This document shows positions 23,603 to 36,839 of a stretch of 64,000 nucleotides of DNA, piece by piece. Every line of letters begins with the position of its first letter. Position 1 is the stretch's first letter. The translations under genes were made by a program, and so were the position numbers. The notes beneath the pieces were generated by a model, which was given only the letters and a program-made list of their open reading frames with translations, ran no database searches and was not told the DNA's origin. This DNA is from Entomortierella parvispora E1425. Its lineage: Eukaryota > Fungi > Mortierellomycota. The stretch lies in NCBI GenBank assembly GCA_020891255.1, contig BQFW01000014.1, positions 2,108,001-2,172,000 on the forward strand, given 5' to 3'.

Positions 23603-26600
23603 ATGGCGCACCAGCCTAACCGAGATCAGGGACCTGGGGCCGGAACACGAGCAGGAACATGGACTGGCCAAGGCAGAGGACGTGGAATGCACAGTATGAA
23701 TGCGCATGGAACAAGCCAGTCCCTAGCTCAGGGTCAACGACGCGATTTTACCACAGGCGAGCGCAGTAGTTCCATTCAATCCAGCCATGGAAACCCACCA
23801 GAAGCCTTCACCAATATCTCGCAGGCGTTCGACGCTGGCTATTCGATCCCAACAGCCATGTTTAATACCGCAGCATTTGGAGATGTTGATCTGGCCACAG
23901 CAGCAGCGACCACGCGGGAGTCCACTGGACAAACCCTTCAACAACCTGCCGGCACGAAGCAAACACCTAACCTCAACAACCTCAACAACCCCTTGGATGC
24001 CTACTCGAATTCCAGCGATTCACTCGATGATGATTTAATTCTCCCGCCCGACTTTGACGACGATTTTGAATTGGAGCTTCGAACAGAAGAAGTAGCCCCA
24101 CCAGTAGCCCCACCGAAGCCAGCTGTGACTGTACAGCAGAATGTAGTTGTCGACAGCCAAGTCCTGAACGAGAACCAACTATTGAAACAGAGGATAGCGG
24201 AGGTACGAGAAAACAATAGATTTATGCAGTGTACTTTGTGATGTTCTAACGTACATATTCTTTTTTTGTCCTATGATAAAATAATGCAAAAAATAGATGG
24301 AAGCAAGGCTTAGAGAGAGCGAGCAAAAGATCCGCACCAAAGAAGAACTTCTCCGAAACAAGGAAGATCTCTTGAGCATCAAGTCTGGAGAAGCAGCGAT
24401 CCACAAAGCGAATCTGCATTCTGCCCTTTTGGAGCGTGACTCATTGCAAGAAAAGAATCGGAAGTCGGAAGAGAAACGCAAGCAGGAACGGGAAGAACTG
24501 GAAAACAAGTATCGCAAGGAGCTTGAAAACGCTGGTCTACACCATCAGTTTGAGGTACATTATTATTCGTATCTGCTAGCGTCAATCATTAACTGAATTT
24601 GGTCCTAATGGCTCTGTTCGATCCCGACCATTTAGCTTCACAACATGTTGATGAGTACATCAAAGGCCACGCCATTGAAGCCGCAAAAGGTCGTAAAGCA
24701 GCAGTCTGGTCAACCAACACAGCCTCCCATGGAGTTTTCGCGAATCTTTGCCCCTTCTCAGTCACAGTCAGCGGTCAGGGCTCCTGCAAAGATGGGTATG
24801 TGTTTTAGTAGGAGTACATCGTATCTCGTCTTTGCATGTAGCCTTTCTAATCCCCTTCTAATGACTTATTAGGCGATGGATTTCCTGTTAGTTTTTTTTC
24901 GGCACCTTCTGCCTCGCAGCGGAAAGTAGCAGTGCATCAAAATGCATCGGTCGCGCCTGTGGAGAAACCTCGTCCCACTTTCCCCCCCACGACGTCTAGC
25001 TCAGGCCGATCAGTAAAACCAACCACCTTCAACTTTCCAACAATGCCATCAGAGGAAGAAAAGGTATGGTCAAAGTTTTCATCTGCGCATTGGTTGATCG
25101 CGTGGACTATAGCTCATATTCACCTCCGCCTATTGCGCTTTGTAGATTCGAACCACATTACTTGGGGAGTCTAGAAGTGGCTTTGGCATGAGGCGCCTTA
25201 TGGAACTCAAATCAGATGAGGGGAACGAGGCTCCTCTCCCAGGTAATACTGTCGTATCATTCCCCAAATATCTTTCATAGTTCATTTATGACGATGTTAC
25301 TGAATTTGTTCATCTTGCGTTGTAGGATCTGTCACGTTTGAGCGCGACATGTACCTTGATAAGCTCAGACTCGCTTGTATTCAAGCGTTGAACAGCCTGA
25401 CAGTCAAAGTCAACACCGAGTCAGCCCATATGGCTTTAAATACGACTACCGGGCTGCTGAGGGAGAGTATCTATCGTAATAAGCCTCTTCATGTCGTCAA
25501 CACATTCAAGGTCCTGAAGATATTGTTCACCTCTTGCATGGATATTTCTGAAGCTATCTGCAAAGAGTCCGTCTCCTTCCTGGAGCCGAATTGTGGAGAC
25601 CCATTGAACGTTGCCTCCACGATCCGGAAGGGAGAGGGGCTGGAGCTGCCTTCGACCTTGGCTTGTATCTATTACCTCTTTATCACAAGGACGGCGCTCG
25701 AACGATCTAACAACCAACCAGAGCGGAACACCAAAGCTGCGGGCAGCTATGGACGCGAGAACCACGAGGTTGCTAAAGGACTTCACCACAACCCAGGAGC
25801 ATGGGATATACCCGAGGAGGCTGATAAGCAATTGGAGGCAGATCTCTTTGGAGTTTTGGATATGGTTGCACGGGACCAGATCAAAGCTAACAATGTCTCT
25901 CAGCTGGTTACTTTGATTCATTGGGGCGTCCTTGGAAATATCTTGACCAGATACCAGAACTTTCGTCTAGGATGTGGCACCAACTCTACAGACGAGCATC
26001 GACTAGGTGACAAGGACCTTGCATCTTGCAAAGCAGGGGAGCGAAAAGATTGGTTTGGTGTTTTGGACAAGACTCTTCAAGTGATGGATGTGATTACACA
26101 GGATCAACGATGTTGTCGCAGTCTCTGTGGGTGGAGTGTCACTCAGGGGAGCTGGAAGCAGGATTTTTCTTTTGAGCAAGTCAAAGCTTTGGCTGGACTT
26201 TTGGAGATACAACCAGCGCACTTCAAGCATATGACAGTACGTTGGATTGTTTGTGGGTGGTTATAGGATTGAAAGACTCGATCCAAAACGTGGACTAATA
26301 TCAACTGCTTTTCTTTTTTTTTTTTTCTTTTTTTTGTATTAGGATGGAGTCCTCTCTAAATTGCAAATCAAGGCAGTGGAGATCCTTACAAGAGTCATCG
26401 GCGTTGAGCTGGAACAGACCAAGAAACTGGTGCACGATACCAAGGTTAGTTTATTGGTCTTATTTTTCCCTTGTACTTTTCTCAAATTGCTTTCTTACGA
26501 CTATCCTGTTCTGTAATGCTATAGGTGGTACGCTCAGTCACCACATCAATGAGCTACCTTTTGAAACTGGCTCAACGCCTGGCTGGCCTCGAGACCAGAG

Positions 26601-27019
26601 CCAAGTTGCAGGTGGATTCATGTGGCAGCTATCGGCCAGCGCTGATCGGTCTCGCTGAATCTTCCTCAGGGCATTTTGGACCAAAGTTCCTGGACAACCC
26701 TGGATCCCCAGGAAAACGACGAGGACAAGGACAAGGAGGAGCGACCCAGAGGCCCGCAGACTTTTCAACTCTTTTGGGACTTGAGATGGAGTTTATTGAT
26801 CGTCTGGCTCGATCCCTGCCGGATTGGATCGGGAAAGAGTTGAGAGAAAGGGACTTTGGAGTCTACAACGAACTGGCTCATGTTATTTGTAATATTGCCG
26901 AGAACTGCAAGCAGCTTGGACTACCAGCGAATGCCGCGGCCTTGGCTCATGACATGTTGCGCACCATCATCCCCAGCGAAGACGAAGAGAACGAGATGAG
27001 GAAGATGTGTGCAATATAA
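23603..27019 (+). CDS. Multi-exon hypothetical protein divergent from the Fanzor gene (G/Q-rich N-terminus, coiled coil, helical C-terminal region)
   Basis: Coding-like ORFs 23543-24241, 24297-24596, 24599-24808, 24932-25174, 25349-26266 and 26525-27019, joined by plausible GT-AG introns; no family recognised. Confidence 0.6.
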
Positions 27020-27751
27020 ATAGACCTGTAGAATAAATAATAATAAAAAGAATACAACCCGCAAACGTTGCAATTTAGGCTCAGTTGTTGTTTTTTTTTT
27101 TGAATTTTTTTTTGTTTTGATTGGTTTGTAAAGAAGGATTATACCTTCGCCGGTTTTCCACATGAAGCATCGGCAGCTATGGCCTAACTCCACCTGGCAA
27201 AGAATGGCGAGTGCTGCTGCTGGGAGAGCAAGTCCCGAAGGACGAGCTGCGATCCCAGACGGATCGGTCTCGAAGTGGCCGGCCGCAGATATACATCACG
27301 GAAGAGGAGATCTTTCATGGATGAAAAACGGATGCCTAGTGCCGAGTGCTAGGGCCCAACACTGCACTGACTGAACGAATCCAGAGTGCAGAGAGGCCAA
27401 AGCCCACTACTGAAGATAAAGAAGAAGAGAAAAAATTATAAGATGGATGCAGTTTTTATAGTAAGGACGGGACTGCTTGTTTTTTTTTCTTTTTTTTTTT
27501 CTTGTTTTCATTTTCCGATTTGTTTATGCTCGAGACGGGGTTTCTTGCTTCCCCTGGACTTGGAGAGGTGAGAGCTTTTCAATTGGGACCAGAGATAGCA
27601 ACGGGGCGATTTCATTCTTCCAGAAAGTGACTGTTTGCTGCGTTATGTTTCTTTTTTTTTTTTTTTTTTTTTTCTTTTTCTTCGCAGCGTGGTTTTTCAG
27701 TTAGAGACTCAATACATCTTTACTACTTTTCATTCAATCCACATCATCATC

Positions 27752-30700
27752 ATGCCACCCCCATTCAACAGAGGAGGAGGAGGACGAGGAGGGGGACGAG
27801 GCGGAGGACGAGGTGGCCGTGGAAGAGGCCATGCTCGCTACGGCATCGCTCCTGGAGGCAGAGTCAAGACTAGCACCACTAACTTGCCATCAGCCCTGAG
27901 CGAAGAGATGGAGTCCAGTAATGTTCATTCCTTTTTATACATTTGCTATTGGTCATATTAAATTATAGAATGCTAACAACCCTTCCTAATATTAAACAGG
28001 CTCATCGGTCTTCTTTGCCGATGGCGATAATCGAAACTTCAACAAAAAGTTCAAGAACAAGGCTGCAGGTCGTAAAGTTCGCAGGAAACAGGAGCGTGAG
28101 GAAAAGAAGAAGCATCGTGCACCCACTCTCTCCAAGATTGAGATCTTGGCCCGTCAGCAACACATGGCTCCCGCAGTGACCAAAAACGGCACCGGCAACA
28201 AGGACGACAGCAGCAGCAGCAACAGCAAATCAAAGAAGAAGGGCAACAAGAAACAAAAGATCGAGTCTCATTTGGAGGTGGACATGAACGAGCACGAGGG
28301 CGAGACCTTGGTGACCTCCATCGCATCATCCAAGAAGGATACCAAAAAGTCTAGTGACGTTGCCGACATGGACGCGAGGCGACTGGAGAAGCTGGCAAAG
28401 TCCAACCCTGCATTCTATGCCATGTTGCAGGAGGATGGTGTCGTTGCCGGTGGTGGACCCGGATTGGAGGAAGCCATGGACGAGGACGAACAATATATCC
28501 GACATTACGAAAAGAAGTTGGGCATCAAGCGCAAGGATGCTGGAAAGCTTGCAGCCAAAAAATCGTTCTTGGATGACGGTCTTGGTGATCTTTTGGAGGG
28601 CATTGAGCTCGGGTCTAGAGGTCGGGGCGTCGCCAAGGCAAAACAGGCAGTGCTGGCACCTACTGCGTCAAGAGTGGAGACACCCGCTTCAAAGACGACT
28701 TTGGCAGCCTCGGAGAACAAGCGTAAAGCACGCGAGATCGAGAGCGACGATGAAGACGACGAGGATGCAGATGGCTACGGCAGCTTTGACGAGGAGCTGG
28801 AGGGCGTTGATTCGGAAGACATGGAGAGCTTTGACGAGGAACTGGAAGGTGTTGACTCTGAGGACGAAGATAGCTTTGATGAGGAGCTGGAAGGCGTCGA
28901 TCCCGAAGATATGTCGGATTCAGAACTGGACGACGGCGAGGAAGGCATGGAGAGCTTTGATGAGGAGCTGGAGGGTGTTGGTTCAGAATCCGAGGATGAT
29001 ATCAGCGGCGATGAGTCCGAGGGCATGTCGGTTGGCGACTCCGATGATGAAGAAGAGGAGAACACAGAGTCGGCAGAGGAGGCTCCAGCCAAGAAGGTTG
29101 ACGCGCCTGCTGCTCTCCACACTGGAAAATATCTCCCTCCTCATCTCCGCGCCGCCGCTGCAGCCGCAGCCTCATCTGAGAACAGTGCTTCGTCCATGGC
29201 GAAGGCTATCCCTCGACAGAACACAGAGGAGCTTCTTCGTCTTCGTCGTCAGCTCCAAGGTCTGCTCAACAAGCTGAGTGAGAGCAACATTGAATCTATT
29301 CTTATGGATGTTGAAGCCCTTTACCGTAAATACCCAAGAGCAGGTAAAGTTACACGATGGGAGCAGGGCGTGATTGAGAGTGACTTTGTCTTTTTTTGCA
29401 ACAGTCTTTGAACTCTACTAACCGGCTATCTTTTTTTTTTTTTTTTTTTTTTTCTGAAATAGACGTTACCGAGACCATCACGGAAATGATTTTGGCATCC
29501 ATTTCCTCCAAAGCCAACTTGCTGGACTCTTTTGTGATCCTCTATGCGACTGTGGTAGCCAGTTTGTACCGGTTGGTCGGAATCGAGTTTGCAGCCCATT
29601 TCCTTCAGACGTTGGTGGAGCAGTTCGATACTCATCACGCCCTGGCTTCGAGTACAAAGAGCACAGAGATGACAGACGAGACTCTGAGCGCTGTGAAGCA
29701 ATGTACAAACTTGATCGTCCTCGTTTCGGAGTTGTACAACATGCAGGTGGTTTCTTGCGTCATCGTATACGAGCTGATCCGCTGGTTCATGACTGAACTT
29801 TCAGAGCTGAACGTTGAGTTGGTGGTGAAGATTGTAAAGACCTCGGGATACCAGCTACGACAGGATGATCCCACAACGCTCAAGACTATCATTCAGGACT
29901 TTACAGTGCTTGCCAACCAAACGAAAACAGGAGCAACAGCACCCGTTTCCTCCCGCACCAAGTTCTTGCTCGAGACCCTTACCGCTCTTAAGGCTAACAG
30001 GATGAAGGGGCCCTCAGCAAACTCGACTACTTCAGGAACCATCGCGGAGAGCACGACGAGAATGAAGAAGTTTTTGTCTGGATTGAGCAAGAAGAGGACC
30101 ACCTTCCCAAGTGAACCCATGCGTGTCGGCCTCGAGGATATCCGACAGGTCAAGACCAAAGGAAAGTGGTGGTTGGTGGGCTCAAGCTGGAAGAACAACA
30201 TGGTAGGCGAAGAGTCCACAAGATCAAAGTCGGGTTCGAAATCAACAGCGGACGATATGCTCGAAGCCGAGGATGAACTGATCAAGCTTGCACGGAAGAA
30301 CAAGATGAACACGGACGTGAGGAGGAGTATCTTTGTGGTCCTCATGAGCAGTGAGGATTACATTGACGCTTTCGAGAGACTGATCAAGCTGAACCTGAAA
30401 GAAGTGCAGCAGCGTGAGATTGTTCGAGTTCTTTTGCACTGTGCCGGAAATGTAAGTTTCTTTGTTTTGTCCGACCATATGATGCATCCTTCATATCGAG
30501 TGATAAAGAAAATCAATACTAATATTCCTTGCTTTCAAATATTAGGAAATGGTTCACAACCCATACTACACTCTGGTTGGACAGCGCTTGTGCCAACACG
30601 ACCATTCTTTCAAGGTGACATTCCAGTACTCTCTCTGGGATCTGCTGAGAGAGATGGGCGCTACCGACGTTGGAGGAATGGAAAAGGTCAAGGGTGGACA

Positions 30701-31184
30701 GGTCATTGGGCTTGATGATGGAATTGACAGCGGCAACGGAACAAAGAAGGTGGCCCTGAGGAGAATCGTCAACCTCAGCAGGATGTACGCGTTCTTGATC
30801 ACGTCCCAAGATCTGAGCTTGGTGATGCTCAAGACCGTGACCTTTACCTCATTGCCAACACAACCAACTCTCTTCTTCCAGCTTTTGATGACCAACATCA
30901 TTCTGTCATCGCAGCCTCAGATCCATTCACCCCATCAACAAAAGCAGGAGGCTGCAGCTGCCTCCAAGGAGAAGCCAAAGATGAATGCACAGGCGCTAGC
31001 AGATATCTTTATTCGTGCGGCTGTGAACCCCACATTGGCTCAAGGAATCATCTTTTTCTTGCAGGCATTCGTGAAGAAGGGTCAGGTTTGCCAGACTGAA
31101 CGCGAGAAGGAGACGGTCAAGTGGGGATGCAGTACTGTCAGGGAGGTGCTTCAAGGCGCTGTGAACACTGGCGGTCGGTTCTAA
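27752..31184 (+). CDS. SGD1: Nucleolar MIF4G+MA3 domain protein Sgd1/NOM1, multi-exon
   Basis: RGG N-terminus; GRKVRRKQER; MIF4G LRRQLQGLLNKLSESNI; KGKWWLVGSSW; MA3 NTDVRRSIFVVLMSSEDYIDAFERL; YNPYY. Confidence 0.9.
28782..28990 (+). repeat. 45-bp coding tandem repeat (SFDEELEGVDSED..) x4 in the acidic region of SGD1
   Basis: agctttga(c/t)gagga(g/a)ctgga(g/a)gg(c/t)gt occurs three times in tandem, plus one copy after a spacer. Confidence 0.85.
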
Positions 31185-31690
31185 AAAGCCCACTTGTCTC
31201 CGTATCCACTCCGTTTTATTTTAGCATTTTCATATCATCCATCCACCAAGCATTTCTAGCATTCACACATTTTGCCATAATAGACGTAGACACACCTATT
31301 GTACAATGCGTTCTACCCCTGGGTTGGTTAAGAGAGCCAAGAGTGGAGAGGCCTGGATCCTGATTTGATCTTTTCTTTATTTTCGGATTGATCCGTTGTT
31401 CCTGTGTGGACCAACCTAACAGTCAGAAGAGCGAATGCGCCGTTGTGGGGCGGGTTGGAATGGTCGAATGAACGGACTGACAGATGGACGGATGGGCTAA
31501 CGGATGAATGATGAGGTGTTATATGCATTCCTCTGTCTCTTGTTCCCCTGTCTTTTGTCTCTCTTTTGTCCTCCTGTGCGTTGCCTACCTGCAGTTTCTT
31601 TTTGATTTTCGCCACCAACTCTCTTTTTCTTATTATTTTATTTTTCTTCCCCACTCTGCCTCCTTTGCACCAACCTCACTCCTCTTCTCA

Positions 31691-34600
31691 ATGATGCTCC
31701 GTAGCAAAGACTCAGGCTCACACCGGAAACTGGTAAACACGACATGGGGCCTTTCTTTCTACTCTAGTCTCTTCCTGCCTTCGTGGCTTACTCAACGCGC
31801 CCTACTTTGGAATGTCATTTAATACCATAGGTGAAAAAGAGCTCTGTTGCGCGGCCGCATCTCAAGATTGCAGCGGCAAGTCTCAGAGAGGCTGCCCTGG
31901 GGGCATCAAGGGACACCAAGAGCAATGTCGCCACATCCGAATCCCATATAAAGTCTGGGCCGTTCTTTGAATCGAGAGACTCCCATGACGATGAGATCAA
32001 AGACGTGTCGTCAAACCTGACGGGAGACACAAACACAACTACAACCACAACGTCGACCACAGCTACAACAACCACAGAAGAAAGGAGCTTTGCAAGATGG
32101 ATCCTCAACAACAAGGATGCGGCGACGGGATATGACGACGAGACCTTTGGATTGTGGATTCCTATCACGAGTCCAAGAAAGATGGTAGAGCCAATGCAAG
32201 AGCACAGTTCAAAGCAACCATCGCAGCATCATCAGCAGCGAATGCAGCAGCAGCAGGAAGAGTCGATGCATGATGCCGTTCAAAGAAGTGGATCTTATGG
32301 TGGCATGAGCATGGATATGGATATGGACCTGGACCTGGATGAGGAGCTCACCTCTGCGCCATCGTCAGAATCGTCTGTGCAGACAGAGCACGGTGAGGCC
32401 GTGCCAGAGCGAGCAGAGATGGAGGACATGAAGGTGTTACCAGAAGTGGTCAACTTTTGTAAGTTATCAGATCACCTTTTAAGCTTATTTTTCTTTATTT
32501 CTCTCTCACTAACCGCGGTTTATGTTTATTGGGTTCAGCGCTGGTGATCTTGATGCGGGCCTCTGCAAGTCTGTTCCCGTACGTGGCAGAAGCCGAGTCA
32601 AAGTCTGTCCCTCTCCGAGTACCCTGGGTGGATCTGGGCAACACCAAGGTATAGACTGCATATGACAAATGACCAAAGCTTGTTCATATCTTTTCCTTGC
32701 TAACAACAACGCGCACCATACCTCTTCTATTCAACAGAACGAAAAGTACATAATTGAGCGACCTGCCGACTATGCTACCAAAGTCATGGGCGATATCGGT
32801 GATGCACTCGTTGCAATGCGTGAGGTCTATGAGCAGTTGCGACGGCCCTTCGGTCATGCAGACAATCAGCGCAGGGACGTGAGACAGCAATTTGGACCCT
32901 ATTACGGAGTTGTGGTCTTTCCTCCACATAGGCCTCGTCGCCGACCATCGGATATTTGGGGCAGTAGTGGCACCACTAGCGGGGGAGGGGCTATGGACAA
33001 GTGCTCAAAGGTCAACAGCAGGTGGGGCCCCCAGTCCGCACGGGGCTTGACTCCAACATCCCCGGCTCCTCAATCGCCTTTTCACCAGCGCACTCTTTCC
33101 GTCTCCAGCGCCTCGCCTGCCACAAAGATCGCGTCCAGCTCACCTATCAAAAAACCAAAGATGAAGCATGCCAAGGCAGCCGGCTCGTTCCATCGTCTCA
33201 AAGAGAATTTCAACATCCCTACACTCCTCAGGTCGCTCTCATCGTCTAAGAGCAATGCTGACAAGAACGAAGATCCAATGTCCAGCGCGTCCTCAGCCCA
33301 TTGGCAAGGAGATTCTTCTCCTCAGCAACAGCATCATCCACTGAACAGACTGACACTTCAAGTCCCTGCTCACTCTCCCTTTGGATCCACCACTTCCACC
33401 AGCCCAAGCAGGGGCCTCTGCAGTGCTAACAGCTTTAGCAGTTTGAGTAGAGGTCTGTCGGCATTTTCAGCTCTTTCCTCAAAGTCAAAGGACTCTCGAT
33501 GGGGCAGCTTGATCTCTCCAGCTTCAGATCAAATGCATGGATCATTCCTTGATGCTGAGGCCGATGAGAACGGCACTGCACCTTCTGCGGCTGATGGCAG
33601 CAACGCCTGCCATACAAGCAAGGCCGAGAAGCTTTCTTATGACGATGATGACAAAGTGCAGAACGAAGAGTGGTCCATTGAGGAGCGAAAGTGGAAGGTG
33701 GACATTTTGAGAAGACAGGCGTATCTTCGTGCATGGGCTTGCCGCCGTTTCTTGGACCTGTACGAGTATTCTGTCAATTGTATACCCATGGACATGGGCT
33801 CGACCTCGATGTGGTCATCACAGACACCGTCGCCAATGTACCCAACATACCCGACTCTGGAGTCCGAGTTCCATCATCTGTACAGGATCATCAAGAGTGT
33901 GCTTGAAATCCAAGATACTGTCGTGAGCAACCGTGGCAGCAATAGCGGCTCACAGTCGCCCCCTGCCTTGTTCCAAGCCGCCTCTATGAATATGTTTTCT
34001 TTCAACCCTGTGACGATTCCGGAGCAGGCGCTCGAAAAGCTTCGCGAAATCATTACATGGGACAAGAAAGGCTACGAGGCCCCTCGTCCAGCTTACTCGA
34101 CCGTTTCCGTTGAAGAGATGGAAAAGACAAAGATGGAGACAGACAGTCAGATCGAGCACGAGTTCCGAGCGACTGTTATGCAGGACACTGAACAGGCTAG
34201 TCTACCGGCGCCTAAGCTTGGCTTGTGCACGACTCTGGAGAATGAAGTTGTGGAGAGCTCAAAGCGGAACTCGGCTTACAACAACATGAAGTACTTTGGT
34301 CTTCAGAACCACGGGATCTGGGAACCGCTTCTGGATCGCCTCGTCAAGTTTGATAGCACAAATCGTCGCCTGAATGCCGACAGCATCTATCAGTTCATTC
34401 ATAGAATGCACATTGACGAAGCTCCAGTTGTCTGCAAATACCGGGGCGCGCGCTCAGAGTCCTCAGCTTCGTTATCACCATCATACGCGTCGTCTATCCA
34501 CTCTGTGCAGAGCCAGACTAAGAAGTCCATTGGTCAATGGCTCCAGTTCCCTTCTACATCCATGATATCGCCGCTTTCAGCCTCCTCGTTCTCTCTATCG

Positions 34601-35746
34601 CCTCAAGGCGCCTCTCATCCACAGTATCAGAACCAGATCATGCAGAGAACTCCTTGTGCCTCTCCCCAATTGCCCCTCCAGCAGGATAGTATCACCCATG
34701 ACCAGCGTTTGGAGTTCCTGAGGGTACTTTGGGTTCTTGATCAATGTGTAGAAAAGAGGCCCGACAGAGAGCAGTCGTTGACTTGGTTCCGACTTTCCTC
34801 AAGCGCAAGCGCTGTGAAGTCGATCGTCGATTACGGCGGGATCCTACCCTATCTTCGAGCTCTCCGAGTTGCTGGCTCAGTTGCAGCAATGACCAATGGC
34901 CAAAGCCAAGGCCATGGTAATGTGGGCGGTAGCACCTTGTCCATACCCAGCAGTGTCAGGTCTGGGAAGGGTGGGGGATTCCTGAGCATCCATTCTAGTC
35001 ACCGCGGCGGGTTGGCAGCTTCAGCCTCCATCTCGGGATCTAATGGCTTTTTCAAGAAACCACAACAGTACCTGCTGCAAACTGATATGGGCGAAGGTCT
35101 TCGTAGCACGCACAGGATGGACAGCTCTCTTCGCTACAAGGATCCTATTATGTTACTACAGCCAGTGACGCTTACGGGCTACCTCAAGATGCTCCTTCGA
35201 CAAGTGAGCGGGCTTCTCTTAAAGGAGACCACCCTTTTGTTTGTCGAATTGACACGGCCTATTCCGACCTCTGTCGACAGCTCGAGTTCAGAAGATGATA
35301 GCCACTGTGGTACTTTCTCTGCTTCTGGCGCGACGGATGGGAGCAGCAAGGATACACCATCGACGTCCTCTTTTACTTCGGAATCAAGGTCCAATGTGAT
35401 TGCACCTTTGTTTTTCGACAAGCTTTTGCCCATAGATCACTCCTTGCTGGTTCGAGTTTTGTGCCTGGAGCCAGATCGGGGCACGCTGTTCTTAAAGTTC
35501 ACTCGGATCATGGGCAAGATCTTGAACAAGGCACCCCCCTGTATGGAGGTGGATGGTGTTGCTTTGGCAAAGATGGTGCAGGTGATCGAGCCCAATGGAG
35601 TGTTTGACTTGACCTCTTTGGCGAGATGGCATGTTGCGTGGTCGGCGCTGATCACAGCCTATGCCCTGAAAGCCAAGGAAGAGGAGATGCAAAAACTAAA
35701 GGAACGGGCAGCAGAGATCGGTCAAAGCAGCCAATACTTGGCGTAA
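31691..35746 (+). CDS. Large Ser-rich multi-exon hypothetical protein
   Basis: Exon 1 MMLRSKDSGSHRKL|gtaaac; exon 2 from 31831; a short exon at ~32539-32650; long final exon within ORF 32669-35746. No domain recognised. Confidence 0.7.
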
Positions 35747-36199
35747 AAAGAACGCGTGCTGCTTCTCCATCTGCAGGAACAAACAAACTGTCCGTCAAAA
35801 CAAAAAAAAAAAAAAAAAAAAAACGCGTTACCCAATAGTAGAACAATAAAACTTTCTGCGTGAATGATAAATCTGATTCAATGGTCTGGTTAGTTTGTAC
35901 TCTTTATTGACACGACACCTATAGTTTCTATACAACAGGGCAGATGCGTGCGAACTATCGATAAGGGATGACCGTGACCACATCCAGAGCTCGACGAGAT
36001 TCCCGTGGAAATAAAGTAAGCGCGCCCTGCACAGTGGCCTTTTTTGAATTTAAAGTGGTGTGGGCGAAGGCGAGGCAGTGCTTCGTGGATGGGGCGAAAG
36101 AGCGAAACCACCAAAAAAAAAAAAAAAAAAAAGGATGCAGGACGAAAGAGAAAGGCGGGCTGTCGAGAGAGGCTCACAGAAGTTCGTGTCGGTTGCAGG

Positions 36200-36231
<32 letters not shown>

Positions 36232-36839
36232 CATCCTCGGTTACCCTTCAAAGAACGCCGATTTCGAGACCCAGCGACATCTCCGTTTGGCATATGCCAT
36301 TAATTGGGGGATAACAAAAAAAAAAGAGCCCGGTGCACTGCCCCAGATGCGAAAGTTTGTTCTCAAGACTTGCCCTTTGCCGCGGGGAGCAGCTTTTTTG
36401 TCGTCAGCCCTGGAGGGTTGCTATTAGAGGGTGAAGCGTCTCCGCTATTCTGGGAGAAGAGTGCGCCTCCGAGTCGCGCAGGGCAATCAGTTTACTCTTG
36501 ACGACTCTTTTTCAGGTTGAAGGTTGAACCAATTGTGCTGACCCATTCTGATGGATTATTTCCCACTTCGAGGGACCTCACCGGGCCGAGGGGAAAGGGG
36601 GGAGTGCCTTTTTTCTTCCTTCAGAACGGGTAACATCGCAAAGTGATCGTAGATTCAAAAAAGATCATCTCGCGCGAACAAGAGGGCGCAAAGGAAGCGA
36701 ACCTCCATCGATGGGGTCGACGGTGCGCAACGAAACGAGTATAAAGAGGCAGACAGATCCCCTCCCTTTCCTCGATCCTCATCCAACAACACACCCAACA
36801 GTCTTCCTCTCCTTCCCCACAACATCCAAATCTCCAGCC

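Noticed and set aside
17870-27400. Terminal inverted repeats, target-site duplications or Helitron TC...CTRR ends around the Fanzor island
   Set aside because: No matching pair found at both ends by eye; the left boundary remains undefined.
28354-29277. 307-aa alternative-frame ORF within SGD1, and similar long shadow ORFs over URA5, SPE3 and ACO2
   Set aside because: Off-frame or antisense by-products of GC-rich or repetitive coding sequence.
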